From: Azolla caroliniana
Lineage: Eukaryota > Plantae > Polypodiophyta
Length of the DNA stretch: 64,000 nucleotides
Assembly (NCBI GenBank): GCA_043228905.1
Contig: JBHGNT010000004.1
Location: forward strand, 13,206,001-13,270,000
Direction: 5' to 3'
Under the pieces are notes generated by a model. It ran no database searches. It saw nothing but the letters and a program-made list of their open reading frames with translations, and was not told the origin of the DNA. The first letter of the stretch is position 1. Every line of letters begins with the position of its first letter. This document shows positions 25,724 to 37,438 of this stretch, one piece after another. The translations under genes were made by a program, and so were the position numbers.

Positions 25724-27019
25724 GTATCTAATTTCCCAATAGGTACTATAGGAGATCTCACTTACCAATATGCACCATATGCTTTTGTTGAGCTTGTTTC
25801 TCAACATTTAGATGTTTTTAATACTATTGAAGAAAATCTTTCAAGGAAAACAATAGTGAGAAATAAAATTCTTATGTAGATTCTTCTGTTAGGAATCCAT
25901 TTGAGAAAAGGATTTGATTGTTGCTATAGATGATTTGCCACAAGGGCATTTTTCTTTCTTCTTCCTTATATGTTTATAAGTAAACACTTTTTCTGAACCA
26001 TCATTCTTCATAGTCCTTTCTTCTTTCTCATTTTTTAAGTGTTATAATAGTATCTACAAAAGTCTCAGATGATAATAGAAGCTTTGCAAGCAATCACAAC
26101 AATAGCTCACGATCAGAATGGAACTTTCCAATTGCTGCCATCTTATCTCTTAAAGAAATAAACTGAGCAAGCTTATCAGAAATAAAATCAGATTCATTTA
26201 TTTCCAAATCTTCAAATTGTCTTTGCAAATGAAAGTCTTTGATCATATGACCACTCATACCTTGAATGCAATGCTTCCCAAAGCTCACTTGATGTTTCTT
26301 TAGACCCGAATTACATTGAGATCTTAGGTGTGAGAGAGTTCATCAAAATAGCAAAAGCATGTTAATCTTTCATATCCCAAGATTCTTGTTCAAGACCAGT
26401 ATCTTTATCATCATCCTTTGAACTAGAGGACGTTACAGTCTCACTCTTCTCCTTGTAATATAAGGCCAAAAACCGCAAGCCTTCAAGATTAGCTCAATCA
26501 AATTCCTCCATGCCACAAACTTGTCTTCACCAACAAGCTTTCGTTGTTTTGTCAATCTTCCAAAATCTTTCTCTAACAATAATAGAAGAAGATATGATTG
26601 AATAAAGAAAATAGACTAGGCTATAACTCTGATACCAATGTTGGAAAAGAGGTAATTAAAACTAATCAAACTTTATTAGTAGAAAGATTAGACTTATAGA
26701 AGCTTAGTTAAGGAAGAAATTAAGTGATTATTAAAAGATCAATTAATACAATAGTAGAAAGAATATTTCTACAAAAGATGAAGCTAAGTCATCATCTCAT
26801 ACATACAATAAGAGCTTTTATAGATTTATACACGTCCTCTATATGTAGAGGACTAAAAGTTTCAAAAAATAGCTTCTAAAAATAGAGTAATTTAAAAAAA
26901 AAATAGACACTTCTTCTACACCATAGATTTAGCATTTTTATGTTGTTTTACAATAATTATGAACACCCTATGTATTATTTATTATTCTATAATATCAAAT
27001 TAAACCTAAAATACTAACA
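25724..27019 (-). mobile_element. Old copia element F, 5' part (LTR 26639-27019, PBS, degraded gag)
   Basis: PBS reverse complement CTCTGATACCA at 26627-26637; TGTTGG...CTAACA; gag-like peptide LQRQFEDLEINESD. Confidence 0.7.
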
Positions 27020-28299
27020 ATCCCTATGGACAGAGAGAGTCTCAATCGTCATTATCAAGAGACGGTCCAAGATCTCAAGGTCATTCAACAAGAGATTGAG
27101 TTATGGATGTGGGTGAAAGAATGGGAATGGAAACACTATTGTAACTAACATGTAGCTAAAATAGTCATAGGTAATTACCTATTGTTTTATCTCATATTTG
27201 GTGGGAAAATGGTAAAGATACATATAATTTATTTATGAGGGAAATATGGGAATACCCAAAATTTTAAATTTGGGCACACATGTAGTGGAACCACACTCCT
27301 CATCCGGAGTTTTGCACCAATATTCAAACAAATGGAGCACTGTGAGCACTAGTTCTCTCTTCATCTAGGTATATAGGTGTGTGTGAGCACACACACACAC
27401 TCCTATATATCAGTTTTTTTATTTCTTTTAGAAGTCTTTGATAACAAATTTTATATGGTTATGGTTTAGGGCAAAGTTGTTGATGTCGTAGACAAGGTTG
27501 TCGCAAAAATCTCAGTCTAACAGATAAGTTTTCTTCAATTTTGATTAGAATCAAATTCTAGAAATTATGTTATTGGGGTTGATTCTTGTAGCAATAAAGC
27601 TCTAATTAGTATCATATTTTAGAAATTATGTTATTAGGGTTCCATTTTTGAAATTATGTGATTAGGGTTCAATTAGTAGAGTAGTTTAACACAAAAATTG
27701 TGAGAATTGTGCTAACATTCTCCATATTTCTTATAAAGCTCGAATTAGAATTAGAATCTGGAAATATGTTATTAGGGTTGGAGTTAGGTTGTAGAAATAT
27801 GTGGATGTGTTAGACATGTCTAGCTTAATTAACATGTAATGATATTTGAATTCAAGTGGCCAGTTCCTTCCTATCCTAGGGTGTTGAACTTTGTGAAGTT
27901 CTCCAAGACAAAGGAGGATTTCAACAACGTATATGGTGTATATGGTGTGTACCTTTAGGATGATTACCCTATTGTGCTAACAGACAAAAATAATTATTGT
28001 TGTACATTGTTGTCAATCTACAAAATAACCAAAGTTAAAGGTGTGGTGACGGTGTAGCATGTATTTCTTGACCTTTACGAGGATTGCATAATGCTTCACC
28101 AAAATGTGCTTCTCATAGCCCTCTAACTCCATCGCAAATTGCAACTAATCATAATCAAATTCTTCTAGCAACTTTCGTATTTCATCAAAATGGGCCTAGG
28201 CCAACGCATAGAACTTGTCCATTTTGTAGAATCCATTGTTGGTTTTTTGCCGATTTTCATAATCGGCGTTGTATAAGTCAGCTGAAAAACTGACAATAA

Positions 28300-28441
28300 T
28301 CGCACTTCTCAAGGAATATTGGGACATCTTTGCATGGTCACACGAAGACATGAAGGGGCTCCACCCCAAGTTCTATCAACACCAAATCCACCTCCACAAG
28401 GATGCCAAGCCGGTACACTAACGACAGTATCGAATGAACCC
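28300..28441 (+). pseudogene. Isolated fragment of B/L-family gypsy pol
   Basis: Translates as ALLKEYWDIFAWSHEDMKGLHPKFYQHQIHLHKDAKPVH*RQYRMNP. Confidence 0.85.
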
Positions 28442-28651
28442 TGTGCCAAGTTAAATGCACAAGCTTATGAACTGACAATCAGTCAATTATCTGGAAATTG
28501 AATAGATTGGTTTGTTAACACGGAACACAGGGTGTAGAGAAAGAGAGGGAGATTGAGTGAGAGCAGACAACAGACAATTCTATTTCAACCGATCCGGCCA
28601 GCTGAATCGGCCTTTGTCCAATCTGGCCCATGTGGAGCTTGTTTGTCAACA
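28442..28651 (-). repeat. Degraded, internally deleted copia-family LTR
   Basis: Contains GAGAGCAGACAACAG and ends GAGCTTGTTTGTCAACA, like the family LTR ends; no TSD found. Confidence 0.45.
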
Positions 28652-29070
28652 CTTCTATAATACTATTCATAAAAAAATCAAGTGTTGTCGCTCTATCCAA
28701 AAATCCGGTTTGAAATAGGGTTTAGGGTTAGAGTGACAACTTTGTATTTCAGATAGCCCAATCCCGAAGGGCAGTCCCACTTGGGATTGCTCCCTGACTA
28801 GTCCAATGGCTAGCTCAAAGGCTTGCCTAAACGGCCATTCTTGGCCCAACGCCAAGGGAGCCCAATAGGCACATCTTGGCATAATGGTTTGGGTAACCCA
28901 ACAACTACCCCTTAGATTATATATGAGGAACTTCTCCTCATTTTTGTTAATTCCTCGATTTCCTAATTTACTCACCCTCTCATCTAAGTCTCCTTAATCT
29001 TAGTTAGCTCCAAGGAGCTTGTAATAAAACCTTTTTATAACCATGATTAAGAGATGGTAATTAATCATAG

Positions 29071-32000
29071 TGTAAATGTTAAGGTGCGGAAGCGTTAGAC
29101 AGAATCGGCTCACCCAGATAGCAACAAAGAATAAGATGAAGGTATAATGGAGAAACTTAATACATAGAGAGTATACACATGAGAGACCGAGAGAGCAGAA
29201 CTTAAGCGTAGATTCAAAATAATAAAAACACTATGTACATACAATGTGCTATAACAACATTATTTATACAAAGTCCATAAAGGACTGACAGAAGTACTGA
29301 CAGGTAGTTCAATGCTCATACGAGCGACTGACACTAACTACGAGACAATGATTACCTAGTAGTCTAGGCTACTACTAGGCTTCCGGTTCCCGCTCGAATC
29401 CAGCCCGTGCAAAGTGATAGTGGACTTCTATGTGCCTTGTCTGAGCATGGAACACGAGGTTTTTGGCGAGCTAAATGCTACTCATGTTGTCACAGTAGAT
29501 CAGGATTGGGGTTGGTACCTCAATTCGTAGGTCTTGTAGCAGTCGCCGAAGCCAGATAGCTTCACAGGTGGCAATGGTAGCACCCTGGTATTCAGCCTCA
29601 ATGCTCGACAGAGCCATTGTTGGCTCCCTACAACAACCGCGCTACCAAGGGAAAACATGTAACCGGAGATGGATCGGCGATCTGATGCATCACCAGCACA
29701 GTCGGGATCGATATATCCGACTAGCTTCCCAGATATACCGTGTTAGTATAACAGTCCCTGGTCCTTTGTGCTACTAACATATCGGAGTATCCGGTGTGCA
29801 CACTGAAGGTGCTCGACGGTCAGCGTTTGCATGTTGGGTCAAGTGATTGTCATGTAGATAAGGATTCCGACAATTTGACAGAAGCGTTTCTCATTGCAGG
29901 CCGGTCCGGAATCGAGACGTAGCTTCAGGTTCTGGTCCAAGGGTGTAGAGTTCGGTCGGCATTCTGTCATGCCAAACTTGTACAACATATTCAACACATA
30001 ATGGCGTTGTGAGAGCAATATGCTGTTGGGGGTTCGGATAACCTCCATCCCAAGAAAATAATGAAGGTTCCTGAGGTTCTTCATCTCAAATGTGTTTGAC
30101 AGTTGGGCCTTGACACGACCGATATCATTGAGTCCGGGTCTGATGATGACTAAATCATCTACATAAAGTAAGATGCAAACCGGACCGTCCCGACCTTGCC
30201 GGATGAAAAACGATGAGTCGGATTTAAAGGTTAGAAACCTCATCTTACTGTTGGTAATTTGTCCCTCCAATGGGAGGAAGATCCGACCATCCGGAAAGTC
30301 GACAGTCAAGGAGCCGAGTTGATGAGGGACTCAGTCGAGGCCGATAGGCTGAGGCCGAAACCGGAATCGTGTAAATAGCCAACTCGGGAGACTATACTTG
30401 TAAATAGTCTAAGTGTGCGCCCCATGAGGGCTACGTATGTAAATAACCAGAAAGTTGCGTAAGTATATATGCAACTAGGGAAAACTTTTAGTGAGTTAGT
30501 GTAAGAACAGAAGTCGAAAAAATGCAAGAGAGAGTGAGAGAGAAGAAGCGTGAGTTATGCTTTAGCTGTGTGAGTAACATTAGACGCGAAGAGCCCTGTG
30601 TGGTTGATGTCGTGGGTCTGTGGGTATCCCTTCGCCACTAATCGGGCTTTGTGCCGTTTAATCGAACCGTCGGCATTGTACTTTACCTTGTACACCCATT
30701 TGCAACTGATCAGTTTACAGTGTTGGGGATGGTCAATGAGGTTCCATGTGTCATTGGCATCGAGTGCCCGTATTTCTTCTTCCATAGTAGCACGCCAATT
30801 TGAGTCCTTTGTTGCTTCTGCATAGCTCTCCAACTCACACATTTCCGCCACTTTGGTCATGTATGCATAGTGATGTGCCATGTACTCGTTGTACCCGTAC
30901 CGCATAAAGGGGTTCTTCTGGCGGGAGGACCAGCGTAACTTGTCATTACCCGGTTCGGGGCCCTTCTTGGCCGGTTCGGACTTCGTTCCTGAAGATCCAC
31001 CTTCATCCTTTCTAGAGTCGTATTTGCTCCGATCCAACTCAATGTTGCCAATTTCGTATTCCGGCATCTTCATCTTCCCCTTCTCTTTGCGCATGAACCG
31101 TCTCTTCAGTTCCTTGCGCGGGGAGAGCACGACAGAGTCTCCACTACTCGCTGGTTTTTCATCCGATTGGTCATCTCAACTCAGCCGCGCATTCGGTCCA
31201 CTTAGCCGGAATGAGATCGAACTCTCTTCTAGAGTGTTGAAGTCTTCATCATCTACCTGAACCTCCTCGGTCTCACAAGCCTCATCTTTCGGAATCGGGT
31301 CTTCGTTGGGAGTTAGAGTCAGTAAGGAGTACCATGATGCCGTCTCATCAAACTCGACATTTTGGTTTACCCGGACCTGCTTAGTCCGGGGGTTATAGCA
31401 CTTATACCCCTTTTGCTCATGCGAGTAGCCGACTAGGATGCATTTCTCCGACTTCAGATCCACCTTCCTCCGCTTCTCATCCGGTACATGCACATATGCT
31501 ATGCCACCGAATATCCGAAGGTGCCTCAAATTCGGCTTCCGCCTGAAATACAGCTCATGTGATGATACCTTGTCCCCGATCCGGTTTTGGATGTAGACGC
31601 CCGTCTGAACCGGCTCAGCCTAGTAGAATTGGGGCATGCTCTTCTCCTCCAGCATTGCCCTTGCCACATCGACAAACGAACAGTTCTTTCTCTCGGCCAC
31701 TCCATTTTGTTCCGGTGTGTATCGGTAGCTAAATTCTCTTCGAATTCCGTTATGTTGCTGATAATTGTTGAATTGGCCGGAAAAGTATTCTTTTCCACCA
31801 TCCGACCGCAGGCACTTGATCTTCCTCTCTGTTTCCCATTCAACTAAGCTTTGCAAGTTCCGGAAACATTCGAAGACTTCGCTCTTCCGTTCAATGAGGC
31901 AGATTCATGTGTGCCGACTATAGTTGTCGATGACGGAGACAAAATACTGACTCCCGCCAAGACTAACGTTCTGTGCCGGTCCCCATAAATCTGAGTGGAT

Positions 32001-34136
32001 TAAGTTGAGCTTGTTACGGCTCTGGTTTCATTCGGTGGGGGATGGAAGCCGGTGTTGCTTCCCAAGTTGGCAGGCTTCACAAATTTCGGCTTTCCGGCCG
32101 CTAAATTTCGGCAAACTAAAAACAACTTGTTTCGATTGCAGGTCCTGAAGCCCCCGGTAGTTGACGTGGTCGATCCGCTTGTGCCATAGGTCGATGTCTG
32201 ACTCGACCTTCTGCCCTTTCGCAGACATAGCGGTGCCGACGTCATTAGTGTTGAGGATAAACATCCTCCCGTCTCTGCGCCCTTGCGCAATTATCCAGCC
32301 CTCTTCCTCTATGAAGCACCCGAGGTGCATAAACCGCACTTGCATTCCCTGGTCAACGATTTGTCCAACTGACACTAGGTTCTTTGTGATTGTCGAAACG
32401 TGTAGTAGGTTCATTAGCTTTCGCTTTTGTCCGACATGGCTTAAAGGGACTTCTCTGACTTGCACAATCGTGTGAGGGGTGTCGTCTCCGGTTTCGACAA
32501 TCCCCGGTTTTTCTAGTTTCTCCAAAAAGGAGAACCACTCTTCATGGCTCGTCATGTGGTTCGACGCACCGGAATCAACGTACCATACTTCCTACGATTT
32601 GGAAGTAGTCTTCTTAATCAGGTTTGCCTTGTGACTCATCACGAAGGCTGGCCCCTTTCCGGTTTTCTCAGTTCTGGATCCTTTTGCATAGTGCGAGCAT
32701 TGTCGGTTTTCCCGACCAGTTTTCCCGGATCCGGATTTGTCCGAATCGACGCACTTCTTCCAGCACTCGCTTTCACTGTGCCCATTTTTTCCACAGTACT
32801 AGCATTCCGTGTCGACTTTTCCTTGCCAGCTTCTGGCGCCGCTTTGACTTCCCCTGCTTGTGGAGGGTCTAGAATTGTTGTCGGCACCACCTTTGTGCCT
32901 CTGATCCTGCTCTTGTCGGCCGCCTCCATTGCGTGCCGACCCACCTCATCCACCACGTCCATGGGGCCCATCTATCTCTGTGTACAGCATCCGGTCGTCT
33001 GATTGAGTGGTCCTCAACCCACTCGTGTGGTTTTCTTCGATCATCAACATCAATTGCAAGTCAAAGAAAGTCGGTGGCTTCTCCCGGGTGCAGATCGTTG
33101 TTTGGATTGGACTGTACCTTTGCGTTAGACCACCGAGGCAGATTTGTGTCATCTCGTCTTCGTCCACCCTCACGTTGATGGACTCGAGTGCATCACAAAT
33201 CTCCTTTATTTTGGTGGTGTAATCCGTAACCAACATGTCTCTTTGCCGGATGGTGTTCATCTCTTGTCGGAGCTGCAACTTACGGGTTGTGGTACTCGTG
33301 GTGAAAATCTTCCTCAGATTTCCCCAAGCCTCTTTCGGTGTTTTTGCATCTTTTATGTAGCCGAGCATCTGGTCGTGCACACAGGATGCGAGGCAGTACA
33401 ATACTCGGCTCGCTCCATGTTCCCATATCGGGAAGTCCTCGTGTGCCGACTCTGGTGTTACCTCGTTCGTTCCTTCCACGAAGCTCCAACACCCATGACC
33501 AGTAGGTACTGGTGCATCTTGTATGACCAGGACACTGAGTTGTTCCGGTCTAGCTTCTTTGTTGGAAGTGAACTTGCCATTCCTCTGTCCATATCTTCTC
33601 TCTGTTTATTGTTACTGGGTTCTAGGGTTCGTCTATGAAAGCAAGTGTCGACTGCAGAGGTTCTCAACCTTCGCGCTCTGATACCATGTAAATGTTAAGG
33701 TGCGGAAGCGTTAGATAGAACTGGCTCAACTGGATAGCAACAGAGAATAAGATGAAGGTATAATGGAGAAGCTTAATACACAGAGAGTATACACGGGAGA
33801 GACAGAGAGAGTAGAATGTAAACGTAGATTCAAAATAATAAAAACACTCTGTACATACAATGTGCTATAACAACACTATTTATACAAAGTCCATAAAGGA
33901 CTAACAGAAGTATTGACAGGTACTTCAATGCCCATACGAGTGATTGACACTAACTACGAGACAATGATTACCTAGTAGTCTAGGCTACTACTAGGCTTCC
34001 GGTTCCCACTCGAATCCGGCTCTCCGATCCATCTCATCGATCCGCCCGATTGTATCCGGATACCATCCGGCTCCCCAATCCGGCTCTGGCTTATTCAGCC
34101 GATCCGGCGGATCCGGTTGAGCTTGCTTGCTCAACA
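29071..34136 (-). mobile_element. Ty1/copia element G
   Basis: Perfect TSD CATAG (29066-29070, 34137-34141); 5' LTR 33687-34136; PBS 33675-33686. 3' LTR truncated at about 29404 and fused to RNase H sequence. Confidence 0.95.
30249..30579. mobile_element. Probable solo LTR of another family inside the RT of G
   Basis: TGTTGG...GTAACA ends, unrelated to G. The flanking RT sequence is discontinuous (deletion) and no TSD is visible. Confidence 0.55.
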
Positions 34137-34351
34137 CATAGTTTTGGCTTGATATCTCTTGTGCCAACTGTTTTTTGAGATCGTTTCGAGACCCCCATGT
34201 TTTAGGGTCATCACACTATGTATATATTATATTAGATGTAAATATGTATAATATATGTGGAGGAATGTGTGTAGGAACCCACAAAGTACACACACTAAAT
34301 AACCTATTAGCCTATAGAAGTTGCGTGCGAGTGAGTGAATGAGTGAGTGTG

Positions 34352-34542
34352 TGTATGTATGTATGTATGTATGTATGTACTCTCGGACATTGGAGCTAGA
34401 GCGTAAGCAAATAAATAATCCATACCATACCATACCATACCATATATGTAAATTGTAATACAGACAGACAGACGGGTGTGAAAGACAAACAACAAAATGT
34501 GAGCGTCTGAAGCAAGCTGCTGACTGCACGCACAATCATGGA

Positions 34543-34573
<31 letters not shown>

Positions 34574-34578
34574 AAGAA
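34352..34578 (+). repeat. Microsatellite cluster upstream of the PPR gene: (GTAT)n, (CCATA)n, (AAG)11
   Basis: Directly visible at about 34352-34378, 34419-34444 and 34544-34576. Confidence 0.95.
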
Positions 34579-34621
34579 AGGAGGAGCATCCGGTCGTTAA
34601 GAAGCCGACCTCCATCACATC

Positions 34622-37126
34622 ATGTTGAAGTCTTATTATTATAGTGGAACAAAGGACATGGACAAAAAAGGCATTGAAATAATACATGCAGACATCCTTC
34701 ACAGAGCGTTGCTTGATAAAAACATTTACCTTGGTAATGCTTTAGTTGCTCTGTATATTCAGTGTGGTGCAATTGCAAAAGCACGTGCAATCTTTCACGA
34801 ACTTCCACAGCCTGACGTGGTGTCATGGAACACAGTAATAGCAGGGTATGGTAGAGTTGGTGATGGAAGGGAAGCATTGTGTTTCTTGGAACGAATGCGG
34901 CAGGAGGGATTCTTGCCAGATGCAGTCACACTTGTTTGCAGCTTGAAAGCATGTGGGGGTATCAGGTCCTCTTACAAGGGCAGGCAAGTACATGCTGAGA
35001 TTATAACTAGAGATGGGGGCTCCTTGTTGGACAAGAATATCATCCTTGGTACTGCATTGCTGGACATGTATATGAAATGCGGTGATCTTAGAAAAGCTCA
35101 GCAGGTATTTGGCCAACTTTCAGTCCATGATGTAGTCTGTTGGAATGCGTTAATTGCAGGCCATGCACAGCATGGGCATGGTGAAGATGCATTGACGTGT
35201 TTTCATCAGATGCAATGCAATGACATTCATCCGAATGCAGTTACATTCTTGAGCGTCTTGAAAGCCTGTGGCAACATTGGGGCAATTGATATAGGCAAGA
35301 GAATACATCATGACATTTTACAACTAAGGTTTCTGCCAAATAATATTGAAGTAGGTAATGCATTAATGGACATGTATGCAAAATGTGGCGCACTTGAAAA
35401 AGCAAAGGAGGTATTTTTCCAACTTCGAATTAGGAATGTTGTCTCATGGAATACACTAATTACTGCCTATGTTCAATATGGGCACGGTGAGAATGCTCTA
35501 CAGTGTTTTGACCAGATGCAGCATGAGGGCTATTACCCAGATGTAGTCACATTTATATGCATTTTGAAAGCTTGTGGCTGCATAGGGTCAGCTGAAATGG
35601 GTGAGAAGATTCATGCCAAAATTGTTAGGAAGGGGTTGTTGGACAAAGATGCTTTGATTGGAACTGCCTTGGTTGATATGTATGCCAAGTGTGGTGCTCT
35701 TGGAAAGGCAAAAGCAGTATTTGATCAGCTTCCGTCACAAGATTTAGTCTCTTGGGGTGCACTGATTGCTGGATATGCTGAACATGGGCATGGTGATGAC
35801 GCATTGAACTGTTTTGATCGCATGCGGCAGAATGGATTTTCTCCAGATTCAATTATATTTGTTTCCATTATCAAAGCCTGTGCTAGCATCAGAATATTAC
35901 GGATGGGAAAAGAGATCCACAATGAGCTTATCAGTGGAGGCTTTCTAGAAAAAGACCTGATTGGCACTGCCTTGATGGACTTGTATACCAAATGTGGTGC
36001 ATTGGCAGAAGCTGAGTGGGTTTTTGACAAAATACAGTTTCAAAATACAGTCATGTGGAATGTGTTAATCACAGGATATGTTAATCATGGACTTGGTAGT
36101 AAATCAGAAGTCTGCTTTCAAAGGATGCAATGTGAGGGTGTCTGCCAAGATGAAGTCACCTTTGCTGGCAACTTGAAAGCATTAGGAAGTATAGCACAAA
36201 TTGATAAAGGCAAAAGGATACATGCTGCAATTGCAGGTGAGGTATATCTAGTTAAACACAATTTAGTTGGCAACGCATTGATGGATATGTATGCAAAATG
36301 TGGTGATCTCACAAAAGTGCAGGAACAGTTTGAGCAGCTTGAAGTCCGAAATGTAGAGTCGTGGAATGTGTTGATCACAGGATATAAGCAGCATGGGTAC
36401 TGCAAGGAAGTACTCAAACGTTTCCAATGTATGCAATGTGAAGGGCTAGCCCCTAATACTGTCACGTTTATATGCATTTTACAAACCTGTGGTATCATCG
36501 GAGCGGCTGAAAAGGGTGAAGAAATACATGCTGAAATTGTTAGAGGATCACTAATGGCAAAGAATGTTTTGGTTGGTAATGCACTGTTGGATATGTATGC
36601 AAAATGTGGTTCTGCAGCAAAAGCACAAGAAGTTGCGGACCAACTTCCGGTTCAAGATGTTATATCTTGGACTGCATTAATCGCGGGATATGCCCACCTT
36701 GGTAAAGATGATATAGCAATCGGCCTGTTCAACAGCATGCTTGGGAGAGGGGTAGAGCCGGACGCGATAATTTTCACTGTTGTACTCAGTGCATGCAGTC
36801 ATTCAGGTCTTCTGGATATGGGCCAAATCTACTTTGAAATGATGAGCTCATATTATGGTGTCATCCCAACCCTACAGCACCACACCTGTATGGTTGATCT
36901 TTTTGGTCGTGCAGGCCATTTTGACAAGGCAGTAGCAGTGATCAACATGATGCCAACATTTGACTATCTTCCTGTTTGGAGTGCTCTGTTGGCTGCATGC
37001 CAAAACCAACAGAATTTGGAACTTGGAAGACAGGCATTTGACAATGCAGTAAGACTGGATGATAAACATGCTGCATTCTATGTCTGTATGAGCAATATTT
37101 ATGCAGTTTCTCAGTGTACGAATTGA
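34622..37126 (+). CDS. PLS-class pentatricopeptide repeat protein (about 23 motifs, E1 plus partial E2, no DYW); probable organellar RNA-editing specificity factor
   Basis: 834-aa uninterrupted ORF with six P1-L1-S1 triplets (VVSWN..I.GY / VTF...LKAC / GNAL.DMYAKCG), then P2-L2-S2 (LSACSHSG, CMVDLFGRAG), E1 (WSALLAAC) and YVCMSNIYA, then stop. The true start is uncertain. Confidence 0.93.
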   Translation: MLKSYYYSGTKDMDKKGIEIIHADILHRALLDKNIYLGNALVALYIQCGAIAKARAIFHELPQPDVVSWNTVIAGYGRVGDGREALCFLERMRQEGFLPDAVTLVCSLKACGGIRSSYKGRQVHAEIITRDGGSLLDKNIILGTALLDMYMKCGDLRKAQQVFGQLSVHDVVCWNALIAGHAQHGHGEDALTCFHQMQCNDIHPNAVTFLSVLKACGNIGAIDIGKRIHHDILQLRFLPNNIEVGNALMDMYAKCGALEKAKEVFFQLRIRNVVSWNTLITAYVQYGHGENALQCFDQMQHEGYYPDVVTFICILKACGCIGSAEMGEKIHAKIVRKGLLDKDALIGTALVDMYAKCGALGKAKAVFDQLPSQDLVSWGALIAGYAEHGHGDDALNCFDRMRQNGFSPDSIIFVSIIKACASIRILRMGKEIHNELISGGFLEKDLIGTALMDLYTKCGALAEAEWVFDKIQFQNTVMWNVLITGYVNHGLGSKSEVCFQRMQCEGVCQDEVTFAGNLKALGSIAQIDKGKRIHAAIAGEVYLVKHNLVGNALMDMYAKCGDLTKVQEQFEQLEVRNVESWNVLITGYKQHGYCKEVLKRFQCMQCEGLAPNTVTFICILQTCGIIGAAEKGEEIHAEIVRGSLMAKNVLVGNALLDMYAKCGSAAKAQEVADQLPVQDVISWTALIAGYAHLGKDDIAIGLFNSMLGRGVEPDAIIFTVVLSACSHSGLLDMGQIYFEMMSSYYGVIPTLQHHTCMVDLFGRAGHFDKAVAVINMMPTFDYLPVWSALLAACQNQQNLELGRQAFDNAVRLDDKHAAFYVCMSNIYAVSQCTN

Positions 37127-37438
37127 GTATTTCTGGGGTGCCAGACGTTGTATATTGCATGATTACTGAAGAGGCTACAAGCATGCATTATTTATTTTGA
37201 ATATGTAATTAATGCCATCATAGCTGGTTATTCCCTTTTCTATAGGTGCATACAATACTGTAACTGCTTGTAGTTATTGCATGCACATTCATGTGGATAT
37301 CTTTTGTAATACTTTCATGGTGTGCTCTACTCACCTCATTTGTCATTAACAATTGTCAGCCAATCAAGTCTTCTATGTGTGCAAGTTATAATGTAATTGT
37401 TTGTGGTTATCGCACGCACATCCATGTGCATATCTTCT

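Noticed and set aside
28684-34215. Possible LTR (28684-29070 plus 34142-34215) hosting copia G
   Set aside because: The ends are TG/CA-like, but there is no TSD and no second copy in the window.
34227-34702. Minus-strand ORFs upstream of the PPR gene
   Set aside because: They are translations of microsatellites.
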